A stretch of 57,117 nt of DNA. It comes from a virus. Each line of letters begins with the position of its first letter. Positions within the stretch are counted from its first letter, which is position 1. The position numbers and the translations under genes are program-made. This document shows, piece by piece, positions 1 through 9,097 of the stretch. The notes below the pieces were generated by a model. That model was not told the origin of the DNA, made no database searches, and saw nothing but the letters and a program-made list of their open reading frames with translations. Where the stretch lies: the IMG/VR virus record IMGVR_UViG_3300030381_000056. One strand, written 5' to 3'.

Positions 1-99
1 CAAATGCTTCTTGCCATACTTTTTCGTATTCAGCAGTAGCATCCATGATTTCCTTGGTAAGGTCAATTCCTGATCCACCAGCACCTGATGTTTTTCCGG
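1..99. repeat. Terminal direct repeat, identical to 57019..57117 (circular assembly overlap or terminal redundancy)
   Basis: Read directly: caaatgcttcttgccatactttttcg...tgatgtttttccgg occurs at both window ends. Confidence 0.9.
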
Positions 100-1702
100 A
101 ATCTGTTGTCTGTGGCTGTACGTTCAGTTCATCAATTCCTAAAGTGTAATTCTTTGCCTTTTTGGCGCTTTTCCCTACTTTATCCAGTGCATCTGCCGTG
201 TCTTCCAAATCTTTATTGTACCCGGATACACCTTGACCGAATGACGAAAAGTCAATCTTAATTCCCAGTAAATTTGCCACACTGACAAGCAATCTTTTAA
301 TCGCAATAACGACACCGTTAATAACAGGAAGCACTTTCTGCAATACCGGAATAAATAACTGGCCTAGAACCATTCCAGCTTCTTTCACGTTGTTTGTGAA
401 CTGGCGAATCATGTTGCTGGGTGAATTGATTGTGTTGGCCAAGTCTCCCCATGACACTTTGGACTGATCTAAGATTGCCAGTAAGCGCAACTGCTGTTTC
501 TCTGCCTGTGACATTTCAGATACAGCCTTTTCAATGCCGTATTTGTAAGCATAAGTCTGTAATGTGGCATTTGTGATATCAATACCATACTTATACAGTG
601 CTCTTGACTGACCGATTAAACCGGACTGTAAATTAGTTGCAACTGTACTGAAATCTACGTTAAACAGAGAGGAAATATCTCCGGCAAGCATTGTCATGGA
701 CTTTGAAATTGCCGTAGTAACTTCTCCGGTCTGCCCTAAAGAGTTGGTGATAGATGCAAGTTGTGAAGCGTACTGAGTAATCTCCTGTAAATTCAACCCC
801 AGGTTCTTCATTCCACTTTCAGAAATCAGTCCACCATCTACATCTACTTTCAGACCGGACATTTTGCCAAGAAGTTCATTTACACGATTCCCGAAACTCT
901 GCGCATAATCTTCTGCATTGTCGTAACCGTATTTTTCAAAGTCCTTGCCCCATTCCTTGCCGACTTTATTGAAAGCAACCGTGTAGTAGTTAAATGCTTC
1001 GATATAGTCCGTAGTTCCCTCTATGGATTTCCACAGGCTTTTAATTCCACGGATAACAAGAAAATACGTTGCGTAGAATTTTCCGAAAGCCGCTGCAAGG
1101 CTGAATGTGCTCTTCGTGGCTCTTTTTGCACTTGACGTATAAGTGTTCAGATTTCGTCCTAAAGAGTTTGCCGCTCTCCCGGATGCCGCACCAGTAGATG
1201 CCAGTCCTGCCAGTGCATTTGTCATGCGGATAATGTTCTCACTTACATTCGGTGCGGTAGACAAAGTGGTGAATAACTGCTTCAAATTCTTTGCCAGTAA
1301 AGGAATGTTCGTGATTGCTCTGCCGGATGCCACACCGCCAAGTTTTGAGATAGACGATGCAATACTTGCAATATCCCCTATTCCATCTACTTTTGTTCCT
1401 GCCATATCAGCAGAAAAAGTCTTTAACGCAGATGAAATTCTACTTAATCCACTTGTATCTATTTTCCCCATTCTGTTAATGGAATTTGTCAACGTGGAGA
1501 TATTCTTAATACCGCTCGTATTCATGGAATTTGCGGCATTTGCGATACTCTGTATGCTGTTGGAAATGCTTGTCAGTTTGGATGTGTCAATAGACAAGCT
1601 TTTTTGAAAATTCGTAAGGCTATTTGCCAACTTATCCAGTGCGTTACTTGCGCTAGTTGCATCCGCTTTTATTTTAATCTGCAAAGAATCAATATCTGCC
1701 AT
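1..1702 (-). CDS. Tail tape measure protein, N-terminal part (gene crosses the contig junction and continues 57018->55571)
   Basis: Minus frame is open from ATG at 1702 (MADIDSLQIKIKADATSASNALDKLANSL...) to the window edge, in the same phase as ORF 55571..57064. Helical and repetitive. Lies between the tail chaperone and distal tail genes. Joined length 3150 nt (1049 aa). Confidence 0.8.
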   Translation of the reverse strand, partial: MADIDSLQIKIKADATSASNALDKLANSLTNFQKSLSIDTSKLTSISNSIQSIANAANSMNTSGIKNISTLTNSINRMGKIDTSGLSRISSALKTFSADMAGTKVDGIGDIASIASSISKLGGVASGRAITNIPLLAKNLKQLFTTLSTAPNVSENIIRMTNALAGLASTGAASGRAANSLGRNLNTYTSSAKRATKSTFSLAAAFGKFYATYFLVIRGIKSLWKSIEGTTDYIEAFNYYTVAFNKVGKEWGKDFEKYGYDNAEDYAQSFGNRVNELLGKMSGLKVDVDGGLISESGMKNLGLNLQEITQYASQLASITNSLGQTGEVTTAISKSMTMLAGDISSLFNVDFSTVATNLQSGLIGQSRALYKYGIDITNATLQTYAYKYGIEKAVSEMSQAEKQQLRLLAILDQSKVSWGDLANTINSPSNMIRQFTNNVKEAGMVLGQLFIPVLQKVLPVINGVVIAIKRLLVSVANLLGIKIDFSSFGQGVSGYNKDLEDTADALDKVGKSAKKAKNYTLGIDELNVQPQTTDSGKTSGAGGSGIDLTKEIMDATAEYEKVWQEAF

Positions 1703-1761
1703 ACCGCACCGCCTTTACACATAAAAAGAACGGTAAGTTGTGACACCTACCGTTCCTAAAA

Positions 1762-2637
1762 TTATTTCTTAAGATATTCTCTCGTAGCCGCACCGCACTT
1801 GCAATCAACCGTGATTCCGACTTTCTTTTGGAATACTCCGATTGCCGTTGCTGTGTCTTTACCTAAAATTCCGTCAATGTTGCTCTTTCCCTTTGCATTC
1901 ACCGCAGATAAGCAACCATGATGAATGAGTGCAAATTGCAACCACCGAACATCATCACCTCTCATGCAAGGAACTGTTTTCTTCAACAGTCTTGTCGGTT
2001 CTGCGTAAGGGTTGCTGTACGCTTTCGTATTGCCCTGTACGGCTTCTAACTCCTTGTACCATACATTCATATCTACATTTCCTACAATACCACCTACACG
2101 CCCTTTAGAAGTATACTGCCAGCCTACCATGTTCGGTACTTGCGGTTGATACTTCACATTACACTTGCCGTTATTCTTGCCGTACCGTGCGATCCACATT
2201 GGATAACTCACACCGCCATAAGGCTTAATGTATGTCTTGTAAAAACTTTCCCCGGTGTATACACCGAACTTTAATCCTGCATTGGTGATGACCTTTCCGT
2301 AAGCATTGATAATTGGAATCAGATTCTTACCGAGATTCTTCATCACGGCATCTTCAACATCCATCCAAACCATAGGCTTACGGTTTCCAAGAATAATAAG
2401 CACTCTCTCAGCAGCAAATTGTGCCTTTGATACAGTGGTAGCATAGCTGTAGTTATACACGCCTTGCACTTTCATTCCGTATGCTTCACAATTTTTCCAG
2501 TTCTCTTCAAACTCCTTGTCCGGGTTCAAATCCTTGCGGATGATTTTCAAAATAGCAAAATCAATACCGTTCTGTTTTACCGCCCACCAGTTAATCGTCC
2601 CCTGATATGAGGACACATCAATTCCTGTTAAACTCAT
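1762..2637 (-). CDS. Endolysin: GH25 muramidase plus C-terminal peptidoglycan-binding (PG_binding_1-like) domain
   Basis: N-terminus GIDVSSYQGTINWWAVKQNGIDFAILKI is the GH25 signature. C-terminus RGDDVRWLQFAL...DGILGKDTATAIGVFQKKVGI..DCKCGAATREYL fits the PG-binding repeat. Confidence 0.85.
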   Translation of the reverse strand: MSLTGIDVSSYQGTINWWAVKQNGIDFAILKIIRKDLNPDKEFEENWKNCEAYGMKVQGVYNYSYATTVSKAQFAAERVLIILGNRKPMVWMDVEDAVMKNLGKNLIPIINAYGKVITNAGLKFGVYTGESFYKTYIKPYGGVSYPMWIARYGKNNGKCNVKYQPQVPNMVGWQYTSKGRVGGIVGNVDMNVWYKELEAVQGNTKAYSNPYAEPTRLLKKTVPCMRGDDVRWLQFALIHHGCLSAVNAKGKSNIDGILGKDTATAIGVFQKKVGITVDCKCGAATREYLKK

Positions 2638-2639
2638 GT

Positions 2640-3475
2640 TTATTTCTCCTTTTTTGGATGTGATAATTCAAAATTAGCCTGCATTGCCATAAGTCCTGCA
2701 AGAAATGCCTTTCTTTGTTTTTTCAATTCCTTTTCGTTGCTAGCAGTTTCAACACGCTCCATAATAGGCTTGTCTATATACTTCGATTGTGCTTTTCTGC
2801 CGTTTAAGCAATGGTCTACAGCAAAGATTAATGCAGATATTCCGTAATTTCCCCAACGTTGCCATGAGTTCCTATCTTCTTCCTCTTTTTTTAGTTTATA
2901 TCCTTTGTAGCACCACTCTAATTTTTTAGGATTCAGATGTTTGAACTCTTCTATCGAGATCCCCATGGAAAAAGCAAATGGAAAATATTCTTCCCATATT
3001 ATTTTGTGCCAGTCGATTTCTTCTTGTGATCCTGTGGCATCTTCGTTACCTTGCTGTCCTCTTTCTCCATTTCTTCCTTGGTCTGCGTCATCATTTCCGT
3101 CAGACCCGACAGTTCGAAAAAACCGTCTTCTTTCATACAGTCTGTCAGTTCTCCATACAGCTTCACAAAAGAAAGACCGTTTGCTTTCATGTATTCTTTC
3201 ATTAAAGCATTGGATTCATCCGGTGTAATACCTTCGTGGTTTTCGATAAGACCAGCATAAAAAGCCGTTTTGCATACATGAGGAAATTCTGCAAGCATAT
3301 ATCCGCTACCATCTACAATTTCTTCTGGTGTGGGCTTCTGTACATTTTTTGCTTTTTTAGCTACATAGCCACCGGAAAGCATAAGAAACATCTTTTGAAT
3401 CAAATCCTTGCACTCCACAGCACCGAACCCAAACTCTAAAGTATATTCAACATCATTAACTAAAATCTTCTTCAT
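2640..3475 (-). CDS. Tail assembly chaperone -1 frameshift fusion product (lambda G-T-like), predicted ~278 aa
   Basis: ORF 2640..2966 is in the -1 frame relative to the chaperone. That frame is stop-free upstream through the heptamer T TTT TTC (3116..3122). Position between major tail and tape measure genes is canonical. Confidence 0.6.
2999..3475 (-). CDS. Tail assembly chaperone (G-like), 158 aa
   Basis: MKKILVNDVEYTLEFGF..., acidic C-terminus, directly downstream of the major tail gene. ATG 3475 has GGGGAAAGGA upstream; the longer ATG 3499 sits inside a hairpin. Confidence 0.7.
   Translation of the reverse strand: MKKILVNDVEYTLEFGFGAVECKDLIQKMFLMLSGGYVAKKAKNVQKPTPEEIVDGSGYMLAEFPHVCKTAFYAGLIENHEGITPDESNALMKEYMKANGLSFVKLYGELTDCMKEDGFFELSGLTEMMTQTKEEMEKEDSKVTKMPQDHKKKSTGTK
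3116..3122 (-). promoter_or_regulatory. Candidate -1 ribosomal slippery heptamer U UUU UUC
   Basis: Zero frame reads GGT TTT TTC GAA (..DGFFE..); X XXY YYZ pattern; the -1 frame is open from here to 2640. Confidence 0.5.
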
Positions 3476-3511
3476 AAAAACATATCCTTTCCCCAACATT
3501 TTGTTGGAAAG

Positions 3512-3531
3512 GAGCCGCCCGAAGACGGCTC
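3512..3531 (-). terminator. Stem-loop (8 bp stem, UUCG loop) after the major tail gene; possible attenuator or partial terminator
   Basis: Minus strand GAGCCGTCTTCGGGCGGCTC followed by CTTTCC (weak U tract). Confidence 0.4.
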
Positions 3532-3610
3532 TCTTTTGCTTAAATCAATGGTTCGTCTACCTCTTCATCAAAGTCAGCCACGGCAGTGTTATTTGTTTCT
3601 GACTGACTTG

Positions 3611-4087
3611 CTATTCCCCCGTTGTTAGTTCAACGGTAGCGTCCAATCCCTTGTATTCCTCAATGGTAAGATTCATTTCAATCGTCAGAAGTTCATTCTG
3701 TCCGATCTCTGGCTGTGGAATCTGCTCAGGCGGCTGTGCAACAACGAAGAAAGATTTCTCTTCTCCGGGAATGACAGTTTCAAACCACATTCTCTTTCCA
3801 CCAGTAAGAGCCTTGTAGGCTGTGATAAGTGTAGTCCATTCATCCACGGTATCTGATGTAAAGTTGACTGTGACTGCAAAAGATCCACCAGTATCTGCAC
3901 GACCTTTTACATATCTAGTGATCGCATCTTCCAGTGCGGAAGCATCAATCTGCTCCGGTTCAATGTTGATGCCACCGATAGCATTTATTCTTGTAAGTTG
4001 TTTAAAACTCGTAGGTTTTGTTCCGGCTGTTGTCTCTGTACCATATCCGAAAGTAATTCCTAAAGTAGAAATTCCGGCTGCTGCCAT
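3611..4087 (-). CDS. Major tail protein (TP901-1/phi13-like, Phage_tail_2-type)
   Basis: 158 aa, MAAAGISTLGITFGYGTETTAGTKP...; size, composition and position upstream of the chaperone pair. Confidence 0.75.
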   Translation of the reverse strand: MAAAGISTLGITFGYGTETTAGTKPTSFKQLTRINAIGGINIEPEQIDASALEDAITRYVKGRADTGGSFAVTVNFTSDTVDEWTTLITAYKALTGGKRMWFETVIPGEEKSFFVVAQPPEQIPQPEIGQNELLTIEMNLTIEEYKGLDATVELTTGE

Positions 4088-4141
4088 GATAAATACCTCC
4101 TTAATTTTGCATAAAAAAATAGAGCCGTTTGGCTCTAATAG

Positions 4142-4549
4142 TTACAATGTATCGTCAGCACCAACAATTCGTCTGAACCGTGCTGTGCTTCTGTATGTGT
4201 TCTGCGAAGTATTATTAAACTCCGGCATAGAAGTTATCTGAAATCGCAGACGTTTGAAAAGTCCGGCAACCGTAGCCATGATAGCTTCAGCTTCTTCCTG
4301 ACTCTTGTTGGTTATCACATCCACCTGGTACGATGCTGTGATTCCGTTGATAGACCGTCCTTCAAGGTCTTGTCCTGTCTCTGTGAACGGCATAGCATGA
4401 AAGTAAACTGTGGGGAATGTGGGTTCTGATAAGTCCTTACTTTTGTCCGTCACATAAGCTTTAGGATGGCTTTGCGGTATTTTCATTTTCAAGTATGATG
4501 CAATCTTGACTTTGAAGTCTGATACCCATTGATATTCATTAACCGCCAT
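4142..4549 (-). CDS. Tail completion / tail terminator-like neck protein
   Basis: Position between the HK97-gp10-like gene and the major tail gene. Start moved to MAVNEYQW (AAGGTGG RBS); overlaps the upstream stop by 11 nt. Confidence 0.5.
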   Translation of the reverse strand: MAVNEYQWVSDFKVKIASYLKMKIPQSHPKAYVTDKSKDLSEPTFPTVYFHAMPFTETGQDLEGRSINGITASYQVDVITNKSQEEAEAIMATVAGLFKRLRFQITSMPEFNNTSQNTYRSTARFRRIVGADDTL

Positions 4550-5075
4550 TTCCAAACACCACCTTTGCTGTCTGTAATACAATTTCACGAATTTCTATTG
4601 CAGTCAGGTACATAAATGGTCTTGAAGGCATTCCTTCGGTGAAGTACCACTTACCATCATCAGCCGGATAAAACCAACCGTATCTACCGTCTGCAAGTTG
4701 CCGTATGGTTTTTCCGCTTGCATATTGCCATGTGACACCTTCTGGTAACTTTCCTTTGTACGGTGATTGTTGTCCGACAATTCCAGTACCAAACTCAACA
4801 AATGCCGCATGGTCTGTTCCAGCAACAACCGCCCATATTCCACCGCCTTTTACCGAACCAACATATTCAGCGTGGATACTCTGTATCAGTTCGCTAGTAA
4901 AGATAGCGTCAAGGTCTGCAATCTGTACTCTAGCAATCTCTACACCGTTTTCTGCCAAAGTTTCAGCCAGTAGCCTACATTTATACTCTAAGCTATTTTC
5001 ATAGTCTTTAAGAGCCTTTACAGCCGCTTGTATGGACTTTTGGTCAAACAGGTTGATATTTATTGTCTTTCCCAT
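4539..5075 (-). CDS. HK97 gp10-family head-tail joining protein
   Basis: AAFVEFGTG ... MPSRPF motifs typical of the HK97 gp10 family; neck-module position. Confidence 0.7.
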   Translation of the reverse strand: MGKTININLFDQKSIQAAVKALKDYENSLEYKCRLLAETLAENGVEIARVQIADLDAIFTSELIQSIHAEYVGSVKGGGIWAVVAGTDHAAFVEFGTGIVGQQSPYKGKLPEGVTWQYASGKTIRQLADGRYGWFYPADDGKWYFTEGMPSRPFMYLTAIEIREIVLQTAKVVFGNGG

Positions 5076-5187
5076 ATGTCCCTACCATTTCTTTAGAATA
5101 GTCACATCCGTGAATCCATACACCTTTTTCAGTGAAAATTCCATTTTCCAGTTTTGGAATAGTTAATTTTTCTTTGTCACCTTCCAT
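5044..5187 (-). CDS. Small hypothetical protein (47 aa)
   Basis: MEGDKEKLTIPKLENGIFTEKGVWIHGCDYSKEMVGTYGKDNKYQPV; AGGTGA RBS 7 nt upstream; fills the gap between neck genes; below the ORF-track cutoff. Confidence 0.4.
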   Translation of the reverse strand: MEGDKEKLTIPKLENGIFTEKGVWIHGCDYSKEMVGTYGKDNKYQPV

Positions 5188-5197
5188 AGTCAATCAC

Positions 5198-5620
5198 CTA
5201 CTTCACCGTCTTCTGCAACAAGAACAAATCTGCTGTCAATCCTTCGTCTGCAACGCCTTTGACAACATAGTCCGCCGTCTTATCATCAACCAGTCCATCA
5301 CTATCTCGCCCCACATCAGATTTCTTCCAAACAATGTCTCCTGCTTTAATCGGCAAATATCCCTTATCGGTAACAATCTGACAATAGGAACTGGAATCAT
5401 CAATACCAAATTCCTTTACCAGTACTTCCGACAACTTATTGCTGATATTGGCAGAAAAAGGAACAGGGTCAGAAAATCCGATAGCTTCTCTCAAAACTAC
5501 TGGAATCTTTTCACCGTCAACCTCGATGTACTTAATGTTTCCATTTTCGTCACGGTCGTAGATTGTGACTTTCTCACCCTGTTTGGAATACTTCATTTTT
5601 TGCTTATTTGCTTCAAGCAT
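5198..5620 (-). CDS. Putative head closure / head-tail adaptor protein
   Basis: 140 aa, neck-module position, AGGTGA RBS; no motif recognised. Confidence 0.4.
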   Translation of the reverse strand: MLEANKQKMKYSKQGEKVTIYDRDENGNIKYIEVDGEKIPVVLREAIGFSDPVPFSANISNKLSEVLVKEFGIDDSSSYCQIVTDKGYLPIKAGDIVWKKSDVGRDSDGLVDDKTADYVVKGVADEGLTADLFLLQKTVK

Positions 5621-5882
5621 CTTTCTTCACCTGTTTGTAAATCTGATTTACTCCTGTGCTTGCCAAACCGGAAACAATGCCGACAGCAATAGCATTTAGT
5701 ACGTCATTTGCCGGGAAATCCGGAATAACATACATTCCTACTACTCCGAGAATGCCACCTACAATGCCGACAACAACCGGAATGTAATTATCCTTAATAA
5801 CCGGAATAAACTTCGCTCCAATACCGGCAAGATAGCAGATAACTACGATTGCAACGCAAGTTCCTACTTGTGAAAAATCCAT
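5613..5882 (-). CDS. Holin (three predicted TM segments, charged C-terminus)
   Basis: 89 aa: VGTCVAIVVICYLAGIGAKFI / YIPVVVGIVGGILGVVGMYVI / VLNAIAVGIVSGLASTGV then KQVKKDA; resembles Gram-positive phage holins. Confidence 0.7.
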   Translation of the reverse strand: MDFSQVGTCVAIVVICYLAGIGAKFIPVIKDNYIPVVVGIVGGILGVVGMYVIPDFPANDVLNAIAVGIVSGLASTGVNQIYKQVKKDA

Positions 5883-6187
5883 TATTCTTTACCTCCATTC
5901 TTCAATCTGATTTCTTTGATTTCCTCGTACATTTTGGTAGCCATTCCATTTCCGCCTAACGCATGATACGCATTGTACATCTCTACAAAATTCTCATACG
6001 CATAACTAGGAATTTCTCCCAACTTCATGTACTTATCGTGATACTCAATAAGTTGAACACGCAAAAGAAGCATTGTTCCCTTACTGTTTGCATCCCTGTC
6101 ATTCTTTTGTTGTTTAAGGAGCCAGACAATATATCCTAATAAAATAGGCAATACAATAGTGTATGTCTGTAATAAAAAATCTTTCAT
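5882..6187 (-). CDS. N-terminally membrane-anchored protein, translationally coupled to the holin (lysis accessory?)
   Basis: MKDFLLQTYTIVLPILLGYIVWLLK..; AGGAG RBS before ATG 6187; TAATG overlap with the holin start. Confidence 0.4.
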   Translation of the reverse strand: MKDFLLQTYTIVLPILLGYIVWLLKQQKNDRDANSKGTMLLLRVQLIEYHDKYMKLGEIPSYAYENFVEMYNAYHALGGNGMATKMYEEIKEIRLKNGGKE

Positions 6188-6348
6188 TTCATATCTCCTG
6201 TTACTTATTGTTGGCACACCGCCCACCACCCTTAAAGTGTGCCGCCTGCAACCTTATTACTGAAATCAGTAACATGGTCACGCACAATCTTCTAAACCAC
6301 TCGATTTCGATAGGGTTATTTTACGCATGGTAAATAGGTTATAGTGTT

Positions 6349-6702
6349 TTAAAAACATTTAACGTGCCAGCATATCCCAAAGTAGTTTAAAATCTCTTCC
6401 TTACTATTCCAAACCCTAGATATTCCATTTTCTGAATAACTAGAACTATAATCGGCACCTAATTTGTTTCTGTCATAAAGAGCAAGTTCAACAATCGCAT
6501 CTTCTTTTTCTTTCAAATATTCTTCTTTTTTACTATCTGAAATTCCAGAAATGTTAATTATTAGGTTTTGATTTTGCTCTAATAATAGTTCTAACAAAGG
6601 GTTTTCTTCCGGCTTTTCAAAAACAACTTTGAAGCTTTCAGAATCAATATGGAATTGTTTTAAGCGGATTTTTACTTTCTCCAAAGTCGTATATTCTGCC
6701 AT
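6349..6702 (-). CDS. Head-tail connector (gp6-like) protein
   Basis: 117 aa, MAEYTTLEKVKIRLKQ... pattern; position just after the capsid genes. Confidence 0.5.
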   Translation of the reverse strand: MAEYTTLEKVKIRLKQFHIDSESFKVVFEKPEENPLLELLLEQNQNLIINISGISDSKKEEYLKEKEDAIVELALYDRNKLGADYSSSYSENGISRVWNSKEEILNYFGICWHVKCF

Positions 6703-6712
6703 GTGTTACCTC

Positions 6713-6952
6713 TTAAAGTTCAAACTTTTCAATCAGAATCTTTTTCAACTCACCGCCAGTAGTTTCATCCGCATCAACAATCCCATGCTCTTTCGCAAGA
6801 GATTGTAGTTCTGCGGTACTCATGCGGTTAATCTCGCTTTTGGTATATTGCTTAAAATCAGAAGATCCCGAAGTCTTTCTCTCCGGGATCTCTTCTCCTG
6901 CCTTATACCATTTGCCGTTGAATTTGACTGTGTACTGTGCCTTCATAAGCAC
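6713..6952 (-). CDS. Small protein with HeH/SAP-like helix-extension-helix C-terminus
   Basis: STAELQSLAKEHGI..TGGELKKILIEKF; located immediately after the major capsid gene. Confidence 0.45.
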   Translation of the reverse strand: MLMKAQYTVKFNGKWYKAGEEIPERKTSGSSDFKQYTKSEINRMSTAELQSLAKEHGIVDADETTGGELKKILIEKFEL

Positions 6953-6957
6953 ACCTC

Positions 6958-8049
6958 CTACGCTACCTTCATAACAACAACGCTGTCCATACCCTCAAAG
7001 GTAGGAAGTCCGATCATGGACACTACGCAGTGAGTATTGATAGGATGGTTGGTAGCATAAGTATAAACGGAAATACCAGTTTCTACGATGGACAAATTGC
7101 CATCGGTGATGCTTCCGCTTCTTTCCTCGGGGGTTTTCCCAAATACATAATCACCAAGGTATACGCCAGCGCATTGAGCGGATACAACACCAGTAGGTAC
7201 AAAGTACTTGGTCTGACCGTCTGCAGGATCAATGTACAACTTGTCATACACCTCGATCTCAATTCCGTATCCACGCAGATATTCAGTAACCTGAGACTGC
7301 TGTAAACGGATTCCACCATTGTAAGCAGTGATTCCGAGAACCTGCTTCTTGGTGTCCTCTGCTTTCAGAACCATTTCCCACGTCTCGGTGTTCATGGTAA
7401 ATCTTGTCAGGGAATAACCAGTCTTCTTTGCGAAGTTTCTTCTGGTTTCAATCATATCATCCAGCGGTGTTGCGGTTGCCGGAACGTTCCACTTATCACT
7501 CTCTCCGGAAATTTCTACGAAATGGTCTTTCTTATGTTCAACTCCTGCATCGGAAGTGTAATCAACATAAAAACTCTTACCACCGATAGTGACTTGTACA
7601 CGGGGAATGCCGTCTGCCGGTGCAAGCAACTGCCAGATTTGTCTCTCCGGAACAACTCTTGCTCCTTCAATTAGCATCATGGGCTTTTTACTGATTTCAC
7701 GGAGAACATCATTTGCAAGGGAAGCATTCTCTGCATTCTGGTAATTTGCGTATTCTTGTTCTTCCTTTTCAGTTACCATGTAGGATTCACGGTAAAAAGG
7801 CATTTCGTTTTGAATGTCGGAGAATCCTCCAACATCTCTTAACTCTGCCTGTGCATCAAAATTAGATGCTTTCAGAGAAACAGGAAGACCGCTCTTTCCC
7901 TTAATAAATCTAAGGTCGAGACTATCCTGCTTTCTTGTGCCAAACTTTTGTCTGCCAAGGTAAGGCGCAGAACCTAAAGTTTTTTCATAGTTATTCCACA
8001 TTACACCGAGACTTCTCGCTGTAAATGCTTCGCTTAATGGTAATGCCAT
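6958..8049 (-). CDS. Major capsid protein (lambda gpE-like family)
   Basis: 363 aa; follows the scaffold and a D-like decoration gene in the lambda order; C-terminal ...MIGLPTFEGMDSVVVMKVA resembles the gpE end. Confidence 0.75.
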   Translation of the reverse strand: MALPLSEAFTARSLGVMWNNYEKTLGSAPYLGRQKFGTRKQDSLDLRFIKGKSGLPVSLKASNFDAQAELRDVGGFSDIQNEMPFYRESYMVTEKEEQEYANYQNAENASLANDVLREISKKPMMLIEGARVVPERQIWQLLAPADGIPRVQVTIGGKSFYVDYTSDAGVEHKKDHFVEISGESDKWNVPATATPLDDMIETRRNFAKKTGYSLTRFTMNTETWEMVLKAEDTKKQVLGITAYNGGIRLQQSQVTEYLRGYGIEIEVYDKLYIDPADGQTKYFVPTGVVSAQCAGVYLGDYVFGKTPEERSGSITDGNLSIVETGISVYTYATNHPINTHCVVSMIGLPTFEGMDSVVVMKVA

Positions 8050-8077
8050 AGTTAATACCTCCTTGAATTGTTGTTAA

Positions 8078-8419
8078 TTACACTGCGGAAATTTGTGGTG
8101 CACCGTAAAAAGTGACTCTCGGTGTAGCTTTTCTAGCTTCATCAGAGATTGTCAAACTCTTTACTTTTTCCCAATCAATAGTTCCCTGGTATACATAGGT
8201 TCCGGGCGCATCTCCCATAGTCACATCCACATCTTCAAGCAGATAACCTACGCACTTTGCATCATTAGACGGATATGGTGTACCTGCAGGCACAACTTTT
8301 CTTCCGTCAGTTCCCGCGCTCACACCGCTCTGTTCTACGATGCACGCTGCTCCCTCATAAGGGAAAAACTTCAAAATACCTTTACTTTGTGTAAAGTCTC
8401 TGGTAATAGGCTTACCCAT
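8078..8419 (-). CDS. Head decoration protein (gpD-like)
   Basis: 113 aa, immediately upstream of the E-like capsid gene; GTPYP..G.YVYQG composition. Confidence 0.6.
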   Translation of the reverse strand: MGKPITRDFTQSKGILKFFPYEGAACIVEQSGVSAGTDGRKVVPAGTPYPSNDAKCVGYLLEDVDVTMGDAPGTYVYQGTIDWEKVKSLTISDEARKATPRVTFYGAPQISAV

Positions 8420-8432
8420 AATTTTTTACCTC

Positions 8433-8981
8433 CTATAAAACATAATGGTTTTTTGCTTCTTCGCTTGCAGATGCATTTCCGAATGTAATTTTTTCCGCAT
8501 TCTCAACATCCGCAGTTTTACTTTCAGAACCGCCAGCACTTCCACCGCCAGGATTAGTAGATCCGTTTGCAATCTCTTGTTCCTTAGCCTGTGCCGCAGC
8601 GGTTTCTTTATCAGAGATAATTTTTCCGAGAACCTCAAAATCAAAACTGCCATCATCTTTAACAACCTGTGCTGCCTGTTCAGCGGTGATTTTGAACTTA
8701 TCGGCTGCACTTGTACGCTGGGTTGCTAAAGTCTGTGCTTTTTCCAACTCTTCGATACGTTTATTTGCTTCCTCTAACTGCTTTGCTGCCTTTTCTTGTT
8801 CGGAAAGATTTTGGTCTTTCATGGCATTAAATTCTTTTTCAATGCCCTGTAACCGTTCCATTTCAGCATTGTTTTTGGTTGCCTTTGCATTAGCTGTCTG
8901 AACATCTTTGCCGTTTTCGGCAATAACCTTTTCAATCTGTTCCTCAGTTAATCCCATTGCAGCTAAATCTTCTCTCTTCAT
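8433..8981 (-). CDS. Scaffolding protein (Phage_GP20-like)
   Basis: MKREDLAAMGLTEEQIEKVIAENGKDV..., long acidic coiled coil; lies between portal and capsid genes. Confidence 0.7.
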   Translation of the reverse strand: MKREDLAAMGLTEEQIEKVIAENGKDVQTANAKATKNNAEMERLQGIEKEFNAMKDQNLSEQEKAAKQLEEANKRIEELEKAQTLATQRTSAADKFKITAEQAAQVVKDDGSFDFEVLGKIISDKETAAAQAKEQEIANGSTNPGGGSAGGSESKTADVENAEKITFGNASASEEAKNHYVL

Positions 8982-9097
8982 AAATTACCTCCGTTATGTC
9001 CTACGTTTTTTTACGGTGCAACGACACCGAGTGACATTGCCGATTTGTACGCTCACGGCTTTGCGAATTTTTATAAAATAAAAACAGCTACCTATTT

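Noticed and set aside
1143-1607. Plus-strand ORF (154 aa) and the many similar plus-strand ORFs antisense to structural genes (e.g. 2941..3228, 3822..4241, 8093..8488, 9312..9950, 53776..54135, 55872..56183)
   Set aside because: They lie entirely inside longer, functionally recognisable minus-strand genes, lack RBSs and have low-complexity, hydrophobic shadow-frame compositions.
9001-9040. Hairpin CGGTG-caacga-CACCG between portal and scaffold genes as a terminator
   Set aside because: On the coding (minus) strand it is followed by an A run, not a U run. On the plus strand the T run precedes the stem.
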